From an uncultured virus (IMG/VR IMGVR_UViG_3300024346_006890) (lineage: Duplodnaviria > Heunggongvirae > Uroviricota > Caudoviricetes): a stretch of 64,000 nucleotides of DNA. The stretch is from IMG/VR virus record IMGVR_UViG_3300024346_006890. One strand, given 5' to 3'. Of the stretch, positions 26,719 to 35,596 are shown piece after piece (the first letter of the stretch is position 1; each line of letters begins with the position of its first letter). A model generated the notes under the pieces. The model was not told where the DNA came from. It saw only the letters and a program-made list of their open reading frames with translations, and made no database searches. A program made the position numbers and the translations under genes.

Positions 26719-27366
26719 ATGAACAAATTTTTAAAAACTCACAGAAATAAAATAATTGTTATCTTCCACCATATTGCAATGATAGCTGGATTAGCATACT
26801 ATAATTTTGCTTGGCAATACGTGCTTGCATCGATTGCAAGCGGGTATATCATGTTTGCAATTTTTGGACACGGTGGTCATTTGTATATTAGTCATAAAAA
26901 ATACAAGGATACTTGGTATAACGGTTTGTATGCATTTTTAATTAACGTCTTTACTGCATCCGGCGGAGCATTTAATTTTACCGCGCTACATAGGCACCAT
27001 CACAAATATTCAGATACTGCACAAGATCCACATAGTCCTAGTCAGATTGGTCCATTACGAGTTTACCTCTTAATGTGGCAACATGTGGAGATTAGTCCAT
27101 TAAGCATGAGGGACATGGCAAGGAGCAAGTTTATTATGTTCTTACATCGTAACCAAGTTAAATTGCACTTCCTCGGAGTTCTATTATTAGGGCTCATTGA
27201 TATTAGATTGGTTCTATTCATGGTTGCTCCTAGTGTAGTGTACACTATTCATGTTAACGGACTAGTTAATTGGCTAGGGCATAGAGACGGTGTTGCCAGG
27301 AACATTCCAGAAATTGCATGGCTAACACCTTTAAGTTGGAGACACGGGGATCACCATACCCATTGA
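26719..27366 (+). CDS. Membrane desaturase/hydroxylase (short form)
   Basis: HLYISH, HRHHH, DPHSP, NWLGH and HGDHH at the extreme C-terminus. Confidence 0.85.
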   Translation: MNKFLKTHRNKIIVIFHHIAMIAGLAYYNFAWQYVLASIASGYIMFAIFGHGGHLYISHKKYKDTWYNGLYAFLINVFTASGGAFNFTALHRHHHKYSDTAQDPHSPSQIGPLRVYLLMWQHVEISPLSMRDMARSKFIMFLHRNQVKLHFLGVLLLGLIDIRLVLFMVAPSVVYTIHVNGLVNWLGHRDGVARNIPEIAWLTPLSWRHGDHHTH

Positions 27367-27391
27367 CATTTAATTTAAAATTGTATACAAT
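27363..27391 (+). promoter_or_regulatory. sigma70 promoter (right border of island)
   Basis: TTGACA-N17-TACAAT; the -35 box contains the TGA stop of the desaturase. Confidence 0.8.
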
Positions 27392-27396
27392 ACTTT

Positions 27397-27975
27397 ATGA
27401 CTAAGTTATCTAGAAGTCCAGAACGCAATACATTTCAAAGAGAGGGGTTTCTGAGGCGCCAGGCTGAACACGGATTAACTCCTGAGAATGATAAGGAAAC
27501 TCATGACATGCTAGACTATTACAATTCGTGGGACGAGATTGAACAAGAAAGAGAATCTGATCCTAAATGGAAAAAAGACAATCTCGAATATGATTTGCGC
27601 AGTACAGAATGGATTTTAGAAAAGACTCGTGAAAGCAGAGTGTATGCTCAAAACCTCTATGCTGCTTTATGCAACAACGATTTTATTAAACGAGAAATGT
27701 GGCCCATTCTTAAAGAACAAAAGTGGCATTGCTCGTGGCGTTATGCTGGCGGCATACTTGCACATATGCAACAAAAAGGTGACTACATTGATTGGTATTG
27801 CAGTGGTATTAGAAACGGGCCCGAAGATTTCAATCAAGAAGAATTCGATAAGTTAACCGAAGATCAACAAATAGCATATAAAGAATGTCTAGCATTTGTT
27901 TCCGAAGGAGTAGTCACCGACGAGATTGAACAGGATCTATATAAATTAGGTTGGCTAGTTTCAGAATCTAATTAA
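27397..27975 (+). CDS. Hypothetical phage protein (probably leaderless)
   Basis: 192-aa ORF; ATG is 5 nt after the -10 box. Confidence 0.8.
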   Translation: MTKLSRSPERNTFQREGFLRRQAEHGLTPENDKETHDMLDYYNSWDEIEQERESDPKWKKDNLEYDLRSTEWILEKTRESRVYAQNLYAALCNNDFIKREMWPILKEQKWHCSWRYAGGILAHMQQKGDYIDWYCSGIRNGPEDFNQEEFDKLTEDQQIAYKECLAFVSEGVVTDEIEQDLYKLGWLVSESN

Positions 27976-28046
27976 TAAATGCATCTTGACTTTTTTTACA
28001 TTCTATGTAAAATAATATTAAATAGCTTATAACCAGTTCTATTAAT

Positions 28047-28220
28047 ATGAAAAATTTAACTTTTAACGTAGAAGATATTTTTGAAAATATCCCCGGCGAC
28101 GATGATAACGTTATTATGAAAATTCCACCTGAAGTTCTTGAACAGACAGGGTGGCAAGAAGGTGATACGTTAACTGTTACTCTCGAAGATGGAGCAATTA
28201 TATTAAGTAAAAATGGCTAA
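28047..28220 (+). CDS. AbrB/MazE/SpoVT-like small DNA-binding protein (57 aa; not in ORF track)
   Basis: MKIPPEVLEQTGWQEGDTLTVTLEDGAIILSK swapped-hairpin pattern; TTGACT-N16-TAAAAT at 27986-28013. Confidence 0.7.
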   Translation: MKNLTFNVEDIFENIPGDDDNVIMKIPPEVLEQTGWQEGDTLTVTLEDGAIILSKNG

Positions 28221-28434
28221 AAATTCAGAACTGATTGAGCTTACAGGCAAAATAGAAGAAGTATTGCCTAATTCTACTTTTAGAGTTAAAGTTAATAACA
28301 TGGAACAAATTGTTTTGTGTTATATGGGCGGGAGATTAAAGCAGAACAAAATTAAAGTGATTATGGGAGATTCTGTTAAAATCGAAATAAGCCCATATGA
28401 TCTTACCAAAGGTAGGATAACTTATAGGATGTAA
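28213..28434 (+). CDS. infA: Translation initiation factor IF-1
   Basis: IELTGKIEEVLPNSTFRV...GDSVKIEISPYDLTKGRITYR. Confidence 0.95.
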   Translation: MAKNSELIELTGKIEEVLPNSTFRVKVNNMEQIVLCYMGGRLKQNKIKVIMGDSVKIEISPYDLTKGRITYRM

Positions 28435-28435
28435 T

Positions 28436-29098
28436 GTGAACTCGTTACTTGAACGTGTAAATTTAGTATGTAGACATGTTCAGCGTATGGGCGATAGCCC
28501 ATTAACCTTTAAAAAATTAATTGTATTAATTAGACGAAGTTTTAGAGATAGCGATATTGACATATTGTTAAAGACTAAAAAGAGTAAAATATTAGATAAC
28601 GAACACTATTACGTTGAAGCATTTTATGATGCAGATAACGACTTTAACAACGAAGTTCCAATTGAAGTTTTTATTCACCATAATTTTTCTGATATCAATC
28701 CGTTTAATACTCCCCAAGTTACTGAATTATTAATACAAATATTCGACGCGGTAACACACGAATTACGACATCAACAACAAAGTAAAAAAAGAAATTACCA
28801 AACTTATAGCAATCACGACTCAGAACCGTATTCGAAATATTTGGCAGATCCTGACGAGTTGGATGCATACTCATTAAGTATAGCAATTGAGTTACTAAGA
28901 TATTTGCCAAAAGAACGAGCAGAAAGATATATGAGCAAGCTCACCGTTTTTAGTAAATTAAAACACGGTGCATTTTTAATAAGCCCAACATTGTCGGCTT
29001 ATATCGGACAATTTAAAAAAAATCCATTATTAAAAAAATTGTCCAAAAAAGTGTATAAAAACATCGAAATGATTGACCCTACTCAAATTTTCAAGTAA
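28436..29098 (+). CDS. Hypothetical protein with HExxH motif
   Basis: THELRHQQQ...YLADPDELDAY. Confidence 0.7.
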   Translation: MNSLLERVNLVCRHVQRMGDSPLTFKKLIVLIRRSFRDSDIDILLKTKKSKILDNEHYYVEAFYDADNDFNNEVPIEVFIHHNFSDINPFNTPQVTELLIQIFDAVTHELRHQQQSKKRNYQTYSNHDSEPYSKYLADPDELDAYSLSIAIELLRYLPKERAERYMSKLTVFSKLKHGAFLISPTLSAYIGQFKKNPLLKKLSKKVYKNIEMIDPTQIFK

Positions 29099-29101
29099 AA
29101 T
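29073..29101 (+). promoter_or_regulatory. sigma70-like promoter
   Basis: TTGACC-N17-TAAAAT. Confidence 0.6.
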
Positions 29102-29134
29102 TTGCAGTATCACAACTTATACAAAGAGTGTCGC

Positions 29135-29821
29135 ATGAATGAGTATCCTACTCAACAAGTACTAGAATTGGCTTGCTCTGCTCAACGGATTAACGGTGCA
29201 TATCTTAAAGAAAACGAAAGTGTTTTTTCGGATGACGGAGTATTTCTCTTTTCTAAAAAGACTAACAAAATGCTGATGCTTTGTACTGTAAATTCGGCTG
29301 CATGGTCTGGCGATCCAAAAGAAGCACCGATGCCTCTTAAGGTATTACCTGAAGATGTTATACTAGCCGAGGAAATTAAAAAACACTTTCGAAAATTTAT
29401 GTTTAGTGCTATCGAAGGTGAAAACGATTTCCAAACTAATGTAAACACAATTTTATCTAGTGATACAGTAAAACAAAATCAATTCGGGTATGTAGCATGT
29501 TTACCTAGTACATATGTTCGCGATGTTGCACAAACTAAGGTTAAGCGAGCGGCAAAGACAGTTGATGACGGATTTTTATCAGAAATTGGCAGCAATCTTA
29601 AAGATCTAGATGCAGAAATTATTTCGTCAATCAAGTCAAAAAACTTTGAAGGCTACAATATTGATGCTATAATAAACAATAAGATGGTTTCTTGGTTAAA
29701 CAAAACAAATCTCACCTTAGGGCCTGCTGTTGTTATTAAAGCTAAGGTGAAAGATCATACTAAGCACTATAAGTTTCAGACTTCGGTAACTAGACTTAAT
29801 TATGTAAAGATTGCACAATGA
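29135..29821 (+). CDS. Hypothetical phage protein (possible C-terminal OB-like domain)
   Basis: Start moved to ATG 29135, downstream of the promoter. Confidence 0.7.
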   Translation: MNEYPTQQVLELACSAQRINGAYLKENESVFSDDGVFLFSKKTNKMLMLCTVNSAAWSGDPKEAPMPLKVLPEDVILAEEIKKHFRKFMFSAIEGENDFQTNVNTILSSDTVKQNQFGYVACLPSTYVRDVAQTKVKRAAKTVDDGFLSEIGSNLKDLDAEIISSIKSKNFEGYNIDAIINNKMVSWLNKTNLTLGPAVVIKAKVKDHTKHYKFQTSVTRLNYVKIAQ

Positions 29822-30258
29822 GCTATAACAAAGAAGAATACGAAGCATTTGCTTCCCGAATGGAATCAACATACCCTGAGATGTTTGTAAATCCCTACGG
29901 CGGCTTTGCAGTAGGCGCAGGTTGGTGGCCTATTATTGAAGCATTGTGTCGACAAATTCAACATCATGTAAAGTGGAAACAAGAACAACTAGAAAAATAC
30001 GGACGCGGAGAAGGTTGTGAAACTGTCACCGTAGCACAGATCAAAGAAAAGTTTGGCGGGCTACGCTTCTATTATGATGGCGGCGACAATGTAGTAGACG
30101 GCATGGTGCGTATGGCAGAATCATGGGCAGACCATAGTTGTGAAGAATGCGGCGCTCCGGGTAAACGTAGAAGTGGCGGCTGGGTAAGAACTCTTTGCGA
30201 CGAACACGAAGCAGAACACCAAGCTAGGTATAATGAAAGATTTAAAGATGAAAATTAA
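29818..30258 (+). CDS. Phage protein with C-terminal Zn ribbon
   Basis: QIKEKFGGLRFY, CEECG...TLCDEH. Confidence 0.75.
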   Translation: MSYNKEEYEAFASRMESTYPEMFVNPYGGFAVGAGWWPIIEALCRQIQHHVKWKQEQLEKYGRGEGCETVTVAQIKEKFGGLRFYYDGGDNVVDGMVRMAESWADHSCEECGAPGKRRSGGWVRTLCDEHEAEHQARYNERFKDEN

Positions 30259-31093
30259 AGTTGTGTCAGATTTGCATTTGGAATTTGCAGACATCAACAT
30301 CAAGAATGATGACGGATGCGATGTACTAATTCTTAGTGGCGACATTATGGTTGCTCAGGATCTGCACGACCATCCAGAAATGGATTACGGAATGTACAGC
30401 AATGCTGATCTTAAAAATATTGGACGTAGGCAAGAGTCTGCTTTACGATTCCGTGACTTTTTAAAGCGTGTGAGTTTTCAATTCCCGCATGTTGTTTATG
30501 TGGCAGGCAATCACGAATTCTATCACGGCAAGTGGGTAAAAGGTATTCAGTACCTTCGCGAAACTTGTGCTGTTTACCCTAATGTTCACTTCCTAGAACG
30601 TGATTGTGTCAAAATTGACGATGTTACGTTTGTAGGTGGAACATTGTGGACTAACATGAACAAAGCAGATCCGCTTACACTTCATGCCGTGCGTGATATG
30701 ATGAACGACTTCCGTATCATTAAAAACGATGAAAAGGGCTATACTAACCTTAAGCCTGCGGATACCGTTATTCGTCATCGAGAAACATTGGCATATATTA
30801 AAACTGTAATTGCTGAAAAGCATGACGAGAAGTTTGTTGTTGTAGGACATCATAGTCCAAGTTTCCAAAGCATACATGAATCATACAAGTCAGATATGTT
30901 GATGAACGGTGCTTACCACAGCGACTTGAGTGAGTTCATTTTGGATCATCCGCAGATTAAACTGTGGACACATGGACATACACATCATCCGTTTGATTAT
31001 ATGATTGGTGAAACTCGTATTGTATGTAATCCCAGAGGTTACGAAGGATACGAAACTACAGGCTGGAATCCTAACATTGTACTGGAGGTATAA
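30248..31093 (+). CDS. Calcineurin-like metallophosphoesterase
   Basis: SDLH, SGD, AGNHE, HHSP, HGHTH and CNPRGY. Confidence 0.92.
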   Translation: MKIKVVSDLHLEFADINIKNDDGCDVLILSGDIMVAQDLHDHPEMDYGMYSNADLKNIGRRQESALRFRDFLKRVSFQFPHVVYVAGNHEFYHGKWVKGIQYLRETCAVYPNVHFLERDCVKIDDVTFVGGTLWTNMNKADPLTLHAVRDMMNDFRIIKNDEKGYTNLKPADTVIRHRETLAYIKTVIAEKHDEKFVVVGHHSPSFQSIHESYKSDMLMNGAYHSDLSEFILDHPQIKLWTHGHTHHPFDYMIGETRIVCNPRGYEGYETTGWNPNIVLEV

Positions 31094-31252
31094 ATGGAAC
31101 AAGAAAAAATTAATATTGTAGATTTAACAAGAGTAACAGCTAAGAACTTATATGAAATGCTAATGGAAATTGCAAATCATATTGAACAAATTCAGGCAGA
31201 AAATGCAAAACTTAAACATAAACTTGACGCCGATACAGATGACTTTAAGTGA
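31094..31252 (+). CDS. Small coiled-coil protein (52 aa; not in ORF track)
   Basis: GGAGG SD; MEQEKINIVDL...DTDDFK. Confidence 0.65.
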   Translation: MEQEKINIVDLTRVTAKNLYEMLMEIANHIEQIQAENAKLKHKLDADTDDFK

Positions 31253-31538
31253 TAAAGAGCTAAGTCTATTTAAAAAATGGTTAAAGAGTCATTTAGCATT
31301 TGGTCCAGTAACCGTTATTTTTAATAAAAAAGATGGAACAGAAAGAACAATGATCTGTACTACTAACGCAGATATTGTTCCTCAAATTCCTCATGAAACA
31401 AATACCGATAACCCAATAGACTTTCCAAAACCGAAAAAGAAAGTTAGCGAGGATATCATGCCTGTGTATGACTTAGAATCAAAGGCATGGAAAAGTTTTA
31501 GATGGGATTCAATTAAACAAGTAAGGTTTACATTATGA
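31239..31538 (+). CDS. SH3 beta-barrel (WYL_2-like) phage protein
   Basis: VTVIFNKKDGTERTMICT...VYDLESKAWKSFRWDSI; start moved to ATG 31239. Confidence 0.75.
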   Translation: MTLSDKELSLFKKWLKSHLAFGPVTVIFNKKDGTERTMICTTNADIVPQIPHETNTDNPIDFPKPKKKVSEDIMPVYDLESKAWKSFRWDSIKQVRFTL

Positions 31539-31762
31539 GACGAGTAATTGGTCAGGATTGTGAAATCCTATGTGAAGACAACGGACGAAAAATGGTAGCA
31601 GATATGTTATCCTTTAAAGAACACCATTATCTTAACGTTAGTTTAGAAAAACAGTTAAAATTAGAAATGCGATGGAATGGAAACATTTATGAAGGTAGAC
31701 TTGGCAGAATGAGTTTCACTTCTGAAGGTCCAGTAATTCGAGAATTTAAACAAGGTAGATAA
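31535..31762 (+). CDS. Hypothetical phage protein
   Basis: ATGA-coupled ORF. Confidence 0.7.
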   Translation: MRRVIGQDCEILCEDNGRKMVADMLSFKEHHYLNVSLEKQLKLEMRWNGNIYEGRLGRMSFTSEGPVIREFKQGR

Positions 31763-31763
31763 T

Positions 31764-32210
31764 ATGAAAATCGGACTAAGTTACAGCCGTTGCGTTCGTG
31801 ATATCGTTGACGGTAAAGTGGATATCGACGATGTATTGATCGTTATTGCTAGAACGGATTTTGATCCCCGAGATGCAGAACAGTGGGCCGGTATTTGGCA
31901 AGGTTATGCAGGTGGGTCCGATGCCCAAATGATGCGAGGGTTTTTCGGCGGTTCTAATCCCGAGTGGGCCGGATATCCTGCTGAGGATGAGGACCGTTTC
32001 CGTTCAGTGAGTATTGAACTTTGGGAAACTGGCAAACTGCATCAACCTCGTAAGTTTGGTGCTTACCCTAGTCGTCGTTCAGAAATTTGGCTCGAAGCAG
32101 TTTTGCCTAGTGAAGAACTAGAAAAGAATCCTGCGGCTAAGAATGCTTGGGACAGGTTCCAAATGGTTGCAGGTTTAACAAATGTAAAATTAGATAAGGA
32201 ATACAAATAA
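31764..32210 (+). CDS. Hypothetical phage protein
   Basis: 148-aa ORF with TAATG coupling to clpP. Confidence 0.75.
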   Translation: MKIGLSYSRCVRDIVDGKVDIDDVLIVIARTDFDPRDAEQWAGIWQGYAGGSDAQMMRGFFGGSNPEWAGYPAEDEDRFRSVSIELWETGKLHQPRKFGAYPSRRSEIWLEAVLPSEELEKNPAAKNAWDRFQMVAGLTNVKLDKEYK

Positions 32211-32800
32211 TGCCAAATTTGGTACCAATGGTTATCGAGCAAGAGGCTCGTGGAGAACGCAGTTATGACATTTACAGTCGTCTGCTTAAAGATAGAATCG
32301 TTATGCTGGACACAGATGTTAACGAACATTCAGCAAGTTTAATTGTGGCACAACTATTATTCCTTGAAAGCCAGGGCAACGAAGACATCCACTTTTTTAT
32401 CAACAGCCCAGGCGGAGTCGTTACTGCGGGAATGGCAATTTACGATACAATGCAGTTTATTAAACCTGATGTTAGCACTATTGTTATGGGCCAGGCTTGC
32501 AGTATGGGCAGTCTACTTGCCACAGCAGGCGCTCCAGGCAAGAGAAAAATGCTGCCAAACGCAAGACACATGATTCACCAGCCCTCGGGCGGTGCAGGCG
32601 GCCAGGCTACTGACATGGAAATTCAAGTTAAAGAGATCCTAAAAATGAAGAAATCTTTAACTGAAATCTATGTTAAGCACAATTCGAAGGGCAAAACCTA
32701 CGAAGAATTTGCTCGAGATATGGAGCGAGACTTCTTTATGAGCGCACAAGAAGCCCTAGAATACGGGTTGATTGACGAAATTGTAACAAAACGCCCATAA
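32210..32800 (+). CDS. clpP: ATP-dependent Clp protease proteolytic subunit
   Basis: [22 protein letters not shown]; triad GQACSMG / MIHQP / MERD. Confidence 0.96.
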   Translation: MPNLVPMVIEQEARGERSYDIYSRLLKDRIVMLDTDVNEHSASLIVAQLLFLESQGNEDIHFFINSPGGVVTAGMAIYDTMQFIKPDVSTIVMGQACSMGSLLATAGAPGKRKMLPNARHMIHQPSGGAGGQATDMEIQVKEILKMKKSLTEIYVKHNSKGKTYEEFARDMERDFFMSAQEALEYGLIDEIVTKRP

Positions 32801-32831
32801 TATACGCAGTTATTTACATGCCATAGTACAC

Positions 32832-32839
32832 TATAAATA
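32832..32839 (+). promoter_or_regulatory. T4-type late promoter
   Basis: TATAAATA followed by GAGGAG SD and ATG 32857. Confidence 0.65.
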
Positions 32840-32856
32840 CAACAGAGGAGTGTACT

Positions 32857-33588
32857 ATGGCTATCCGAAAGGATTTTAATTGGAGTTTGCTCACAAGAGA
32901 AGCACTTTTTAGTATGTTGAACAACATACAGAGTAAAATTGTTGGCAAACGATTAAGTGTAGAAAAGCTACACCAATTAATGAGCAAGCACATTAAAGCG
33001 CACTTGCCTATAAAAGTTAAGTTCGATCGAGATCCTAAAAACGACAAAGGGTTTGTATATGTAGGTGGCACGTATTACAGCCAATTAGATCAAAATAATC
33101 TTAATAGATACATAGAAATAATTTTTAGTTACAATCCCGATCAACAATACTTTACATTAAGTAGACATCGTTGGACTCGACTATGCATACTTTTTGCAGA
33201 TACAATGTTGCATGAAATTGTGCATTGTAGGCAATACAGAAGTAGAAAATTTAAAGCAATTCCGGGATACGAAAGTACAGCACATTACGCTAGAGCTCGC
33301 AAAGAAGAAGAATATTACGGAGACACTGACGAAATAGGTGCATTTGCATTTAATATTGCTTGTGAACTATACGACAAATTTGGCAACAATTATGGAGAAG
33401 CTGCCACATATTTAGACACAAATCAATATCGTAGACACAAAAGAACATCCTTTTACAAGTACATGGTCACGTTTGGGCATAATCATAATCATCCGATTAT
33501 TAAAAGAATCAAAAGAAAAGCACTTAATCAATTTCCAAATGTAGAAATTGGTAAACCATTTCGAACATCAAATTACTTGACATATTAA
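32857..33588 (+). CDS. Hypothetical protein with HExxH motif
   Basis: LHEIVHCRQ...YYGDTDEIGAF. Confidence 0.7.
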   Translation: MAIRKDFNWSLLTREALFSMLNNIQSKIVGKRLSVEKLHQLMSKHIKAHLPIKVKFDRDPKNDKGFVYVGGTYYSQLDQNNLNRYIEIIFSYNPDQQYFTLSRHRWTRLCILFADTMLHEIVHCRQYRSRKFKAIPGYESTAHYARARKEEEYYGDTDEIGAFAFNIACELYDKFGNNYGEAATYLDTNQYRRHKRTSFYKYMVTFGHNHNHPIIKRIKRKALNQFPNVEIGKPFRTSNYLTY

Positions 33589-33605
33589 TCTACTGATGCT
33601 ATAAT
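33577..33605 (+). promoter_or_regulatory. Consensus sigma70 promoter
   Basis: TTGACA-N17-TATAAT with extended TGn. Confidence 0.9.
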
Positions 33606-33633
33606 AAGGCATTAGTAACTATTAGGAGCAACT

Positions 33634-34950
33634 ATGACTGATCCCTGTCAGTACGTTATTTCAGCTTTGGAAACGCACAACAGTCGTTTGGACAAAGAAG
33701 CAATTATCGAAGTTCAAATGAATGAAAAAAATGATGAGTTTTTTGCAGGATGTCGATTAGCATTAGATCCGATGGTCACATTTGGCCTTAAACAAATACC
33801 GGAGAAAAAAGATGAAGACGGTCCTGGGTTGGATTGGAATAGTTTTGTTAGCAACATTGATGGCCTTATTAATCGTGCAGTCACCGGCAACGCAGCCAGA
33901 GATTTGGTTTCACAAATGATGAAAACTGCGAATAAGTCGCAGTGGAATGATTGGTATCGACGTATTCTTATTAAAGATTTGCGATGCGGAGTAAGTGAAA
34001 AAACTATTAATAAAGTTGTAGAGAAGAAATATGCTCGTTTTGCTATTCCTATGTTCAGCTGTCAGCTTGCTCACGACAGTGCTAATCACGAGAGCAAAGT
34101 TTCGGGAAAAAAGTTCATTGAAGTTAAGTTGGATGGTGTTCGCGTTATTACCATTGTTTATCCAGACGGTCGCGTTGATCAGTTTAGTCGTAATGGTAAG
34201 GAACTTGTAAATTTCCCCCATATTAAAGAACAATTGAGCAAAGTTGCAAGCAGGTTCGACCATCCATATGTTCTCGACGGCGAAGTAATGTCAAGCTCGT
34301 TCCAGGACTTGATGAAACAAGTTCACAGGAAAGACAATGTTAATGCAAACGATGCAGTACTGTATCTATTTGATATTGTGCCGTTAGATAACTTTCAGAA
34401 AGGTTTTTGTAATATTCTGCAAACAGAACGTTCTGCTACACTAAAAAATTGGTTCGAACTTGAACAGAGTAATTTGCCAAATATTCGTATTCTAGAACAA
34501 GAATTGGTAGATCTTGACACTGACGCAGGTAATGTACGATTTAAAGAAATCAATCAAGATGCCATTAATGGCGGATACGAAGGCATCATGATCAAAGAGA
34601 TCAATGCTCCTTATCAATGCAAGAGAACAGTTAACTGGCTTAAACTTAAACCATTTATTGAAGTATCGTTGTCTGTTGTTGCTGTAGAAGAAGGCACCGG
34701 TCGTAATGTAGGAAAACTTGGTGCTTTAGTGTGCGAGGGTGAAGATGACGGAAAAAGAATTCGTGTTAATGTGGGGTCTGGGTTTTCTGATGATTCCCGT
34801 GACTCTTATTGGAGTGGCCGTGACGAGGTCATTGGTAAGGTGGTTGAAGTCCGTGCAGATGCCGTTACTCAAAACCAGGATGGCAGTTATAGTCTACGTT
34901 TTCCGAGGTTTCTCCGTTTCAGAGGCTTTAAAGATGGCGAAAAAATTTAA
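33634..34950 (+). CDS. ATP-dependent DNA ligase
   Basis: EVKLDGVR (motif I), LDGEV, GYEGIMIK, WLKLKP, VGSGF and SLRFPRF. Confidence 0.95.
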   Translation: MTDPCQYVISALETHNSRLDKEAIIEVQMNEKNDEFFAGCRLALDPMVTFGLKQIPEKKDEDGPGLDWNSFVSNIDGLINRAVTGNAARDLVSQMMKTANKSQWNDWYRRILIKDLRCGVSEKTINKVVEKKYARFAIPMFSCQLAHDSANHESKVSGKKFIEVKLDGVRVITIVYPDGRVDQFSRNGKELVNFPHIKEQLSKVASRFDHPYVLDGEVMSSSFQDLMKQVHRKDNVNANDAVLYLFDIVPLDNFQKGFCNILQTERSATLKNWFELEQSNLPNIRILEQELVDLDTDAGNVRFKEINQDAINGGYEGIMIKEINAPYQCKRTVNWLKLKPFIEVSLSVVAVEEGTGRNVGKLGALVCEGEDDGKRIRVNVGSGFSDDSRDSYWSGRDEVIGKVVEVRADAVTQNQDGSYSLRFPRFLRFRGFKDGEKI

Positions 34951-35182
34951 TCTAAGAAGAAGTATGAACAAGGACATCGTCTACGGTGCCCTGCTTGAAC
35001 TTAGCCAAAATCCCAAAGTTTGGCATGAAAGCTCTGTTAGTGCAGAATATAGTCATTTAACAGAAGATGGCAAAGATGCTATTATTCATGTCATTGAGGA
35101 AATGTTTAGAGGCCTACAGACTATACACAGACAAGAAGTCAAAGAAGAAGCTAAACTTCAAACGTTGGAATCACTAAAATGA
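34934..35182 (+). CDS. Hypothetical phage protein
   Basis: Start moved to ATG 34934 to avoid a long overlap with the ligase. Confidence 0.65.
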   Translation: MAKKFNLRRSMNKDIVYGALLELSQNPKVWHESSVSAEYSHLTEDGKDAIIHVIEEMFRGLQTIHRQEVKEEAKLQTLESLK

Positions 35183-35403
35183 AAATCACAGCTCGTCAAT
35201 CGAAAATCAGGACTGTAAAACCAAACGATCCGAGATTCATTTTAAATGACGGTTTGGTCATTTGTCCGAGAGCAGGATTCGAAATCAATGCAGCCTGCCC
35301 TTCGGCCTATAAAGCAGTCTTGCAAGAATGTATTAACGCCGGTTGGATCATACCTATAGCGCATGTCTACGGCAAAGAATTAACAATGGATGCAATGAGA
35401 TGA
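35179..35403 (+). CDS. Hypothetical phage protein
   Basis: ATGA-coupled ORF. Confidence 0.7.
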   Translation: MKITARQSKIRTVKPNDPRFILNDGLVICPRAGFEINAACPSAYKAVLQECINAGWIIPIAHVYGKELTMDAMR

Positions 35404-35582
35404 TAGAAATTGAAAGGGGACAAATTTGGACGGCTCAAAATAGGACTGAATTTTATATAGACGATATTAGACTTACCGAAGAAGGTGTATGGGTACATTA
35501 CACAAATACTTTCACTCAACAAACCTACAGTTGTCTTGAGCCAGCTTTTAGGCAGAGATTTACACCCGTGTTAAATAAATGA
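35400..35582 (+). CDS. Hypothetical phage protein
   Basis: ATGA-coupled; start moved to 35400. Confidence 0.65.
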   Translation: MIEIERGQIWTAQNRTEFYIDDIRLTEEGVWVHYTNTFTQQTYSCLEPAFRQRFTPVLNK

Positions 35583-35596
35583 TTAAGGAGAAAAAC

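Larger units (their letters stand above)
4725..27366. other. Accessory biosynthetic-like gene island (about 22.6 kb, about 26 genes)
   Basis: Bounded by a terminator and a sigma70 promoter; frequent strand switches; appears AT-richer than the flanks (not computed); almost entirely small-molecule or modification enzymes. Confidence 0.8.
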
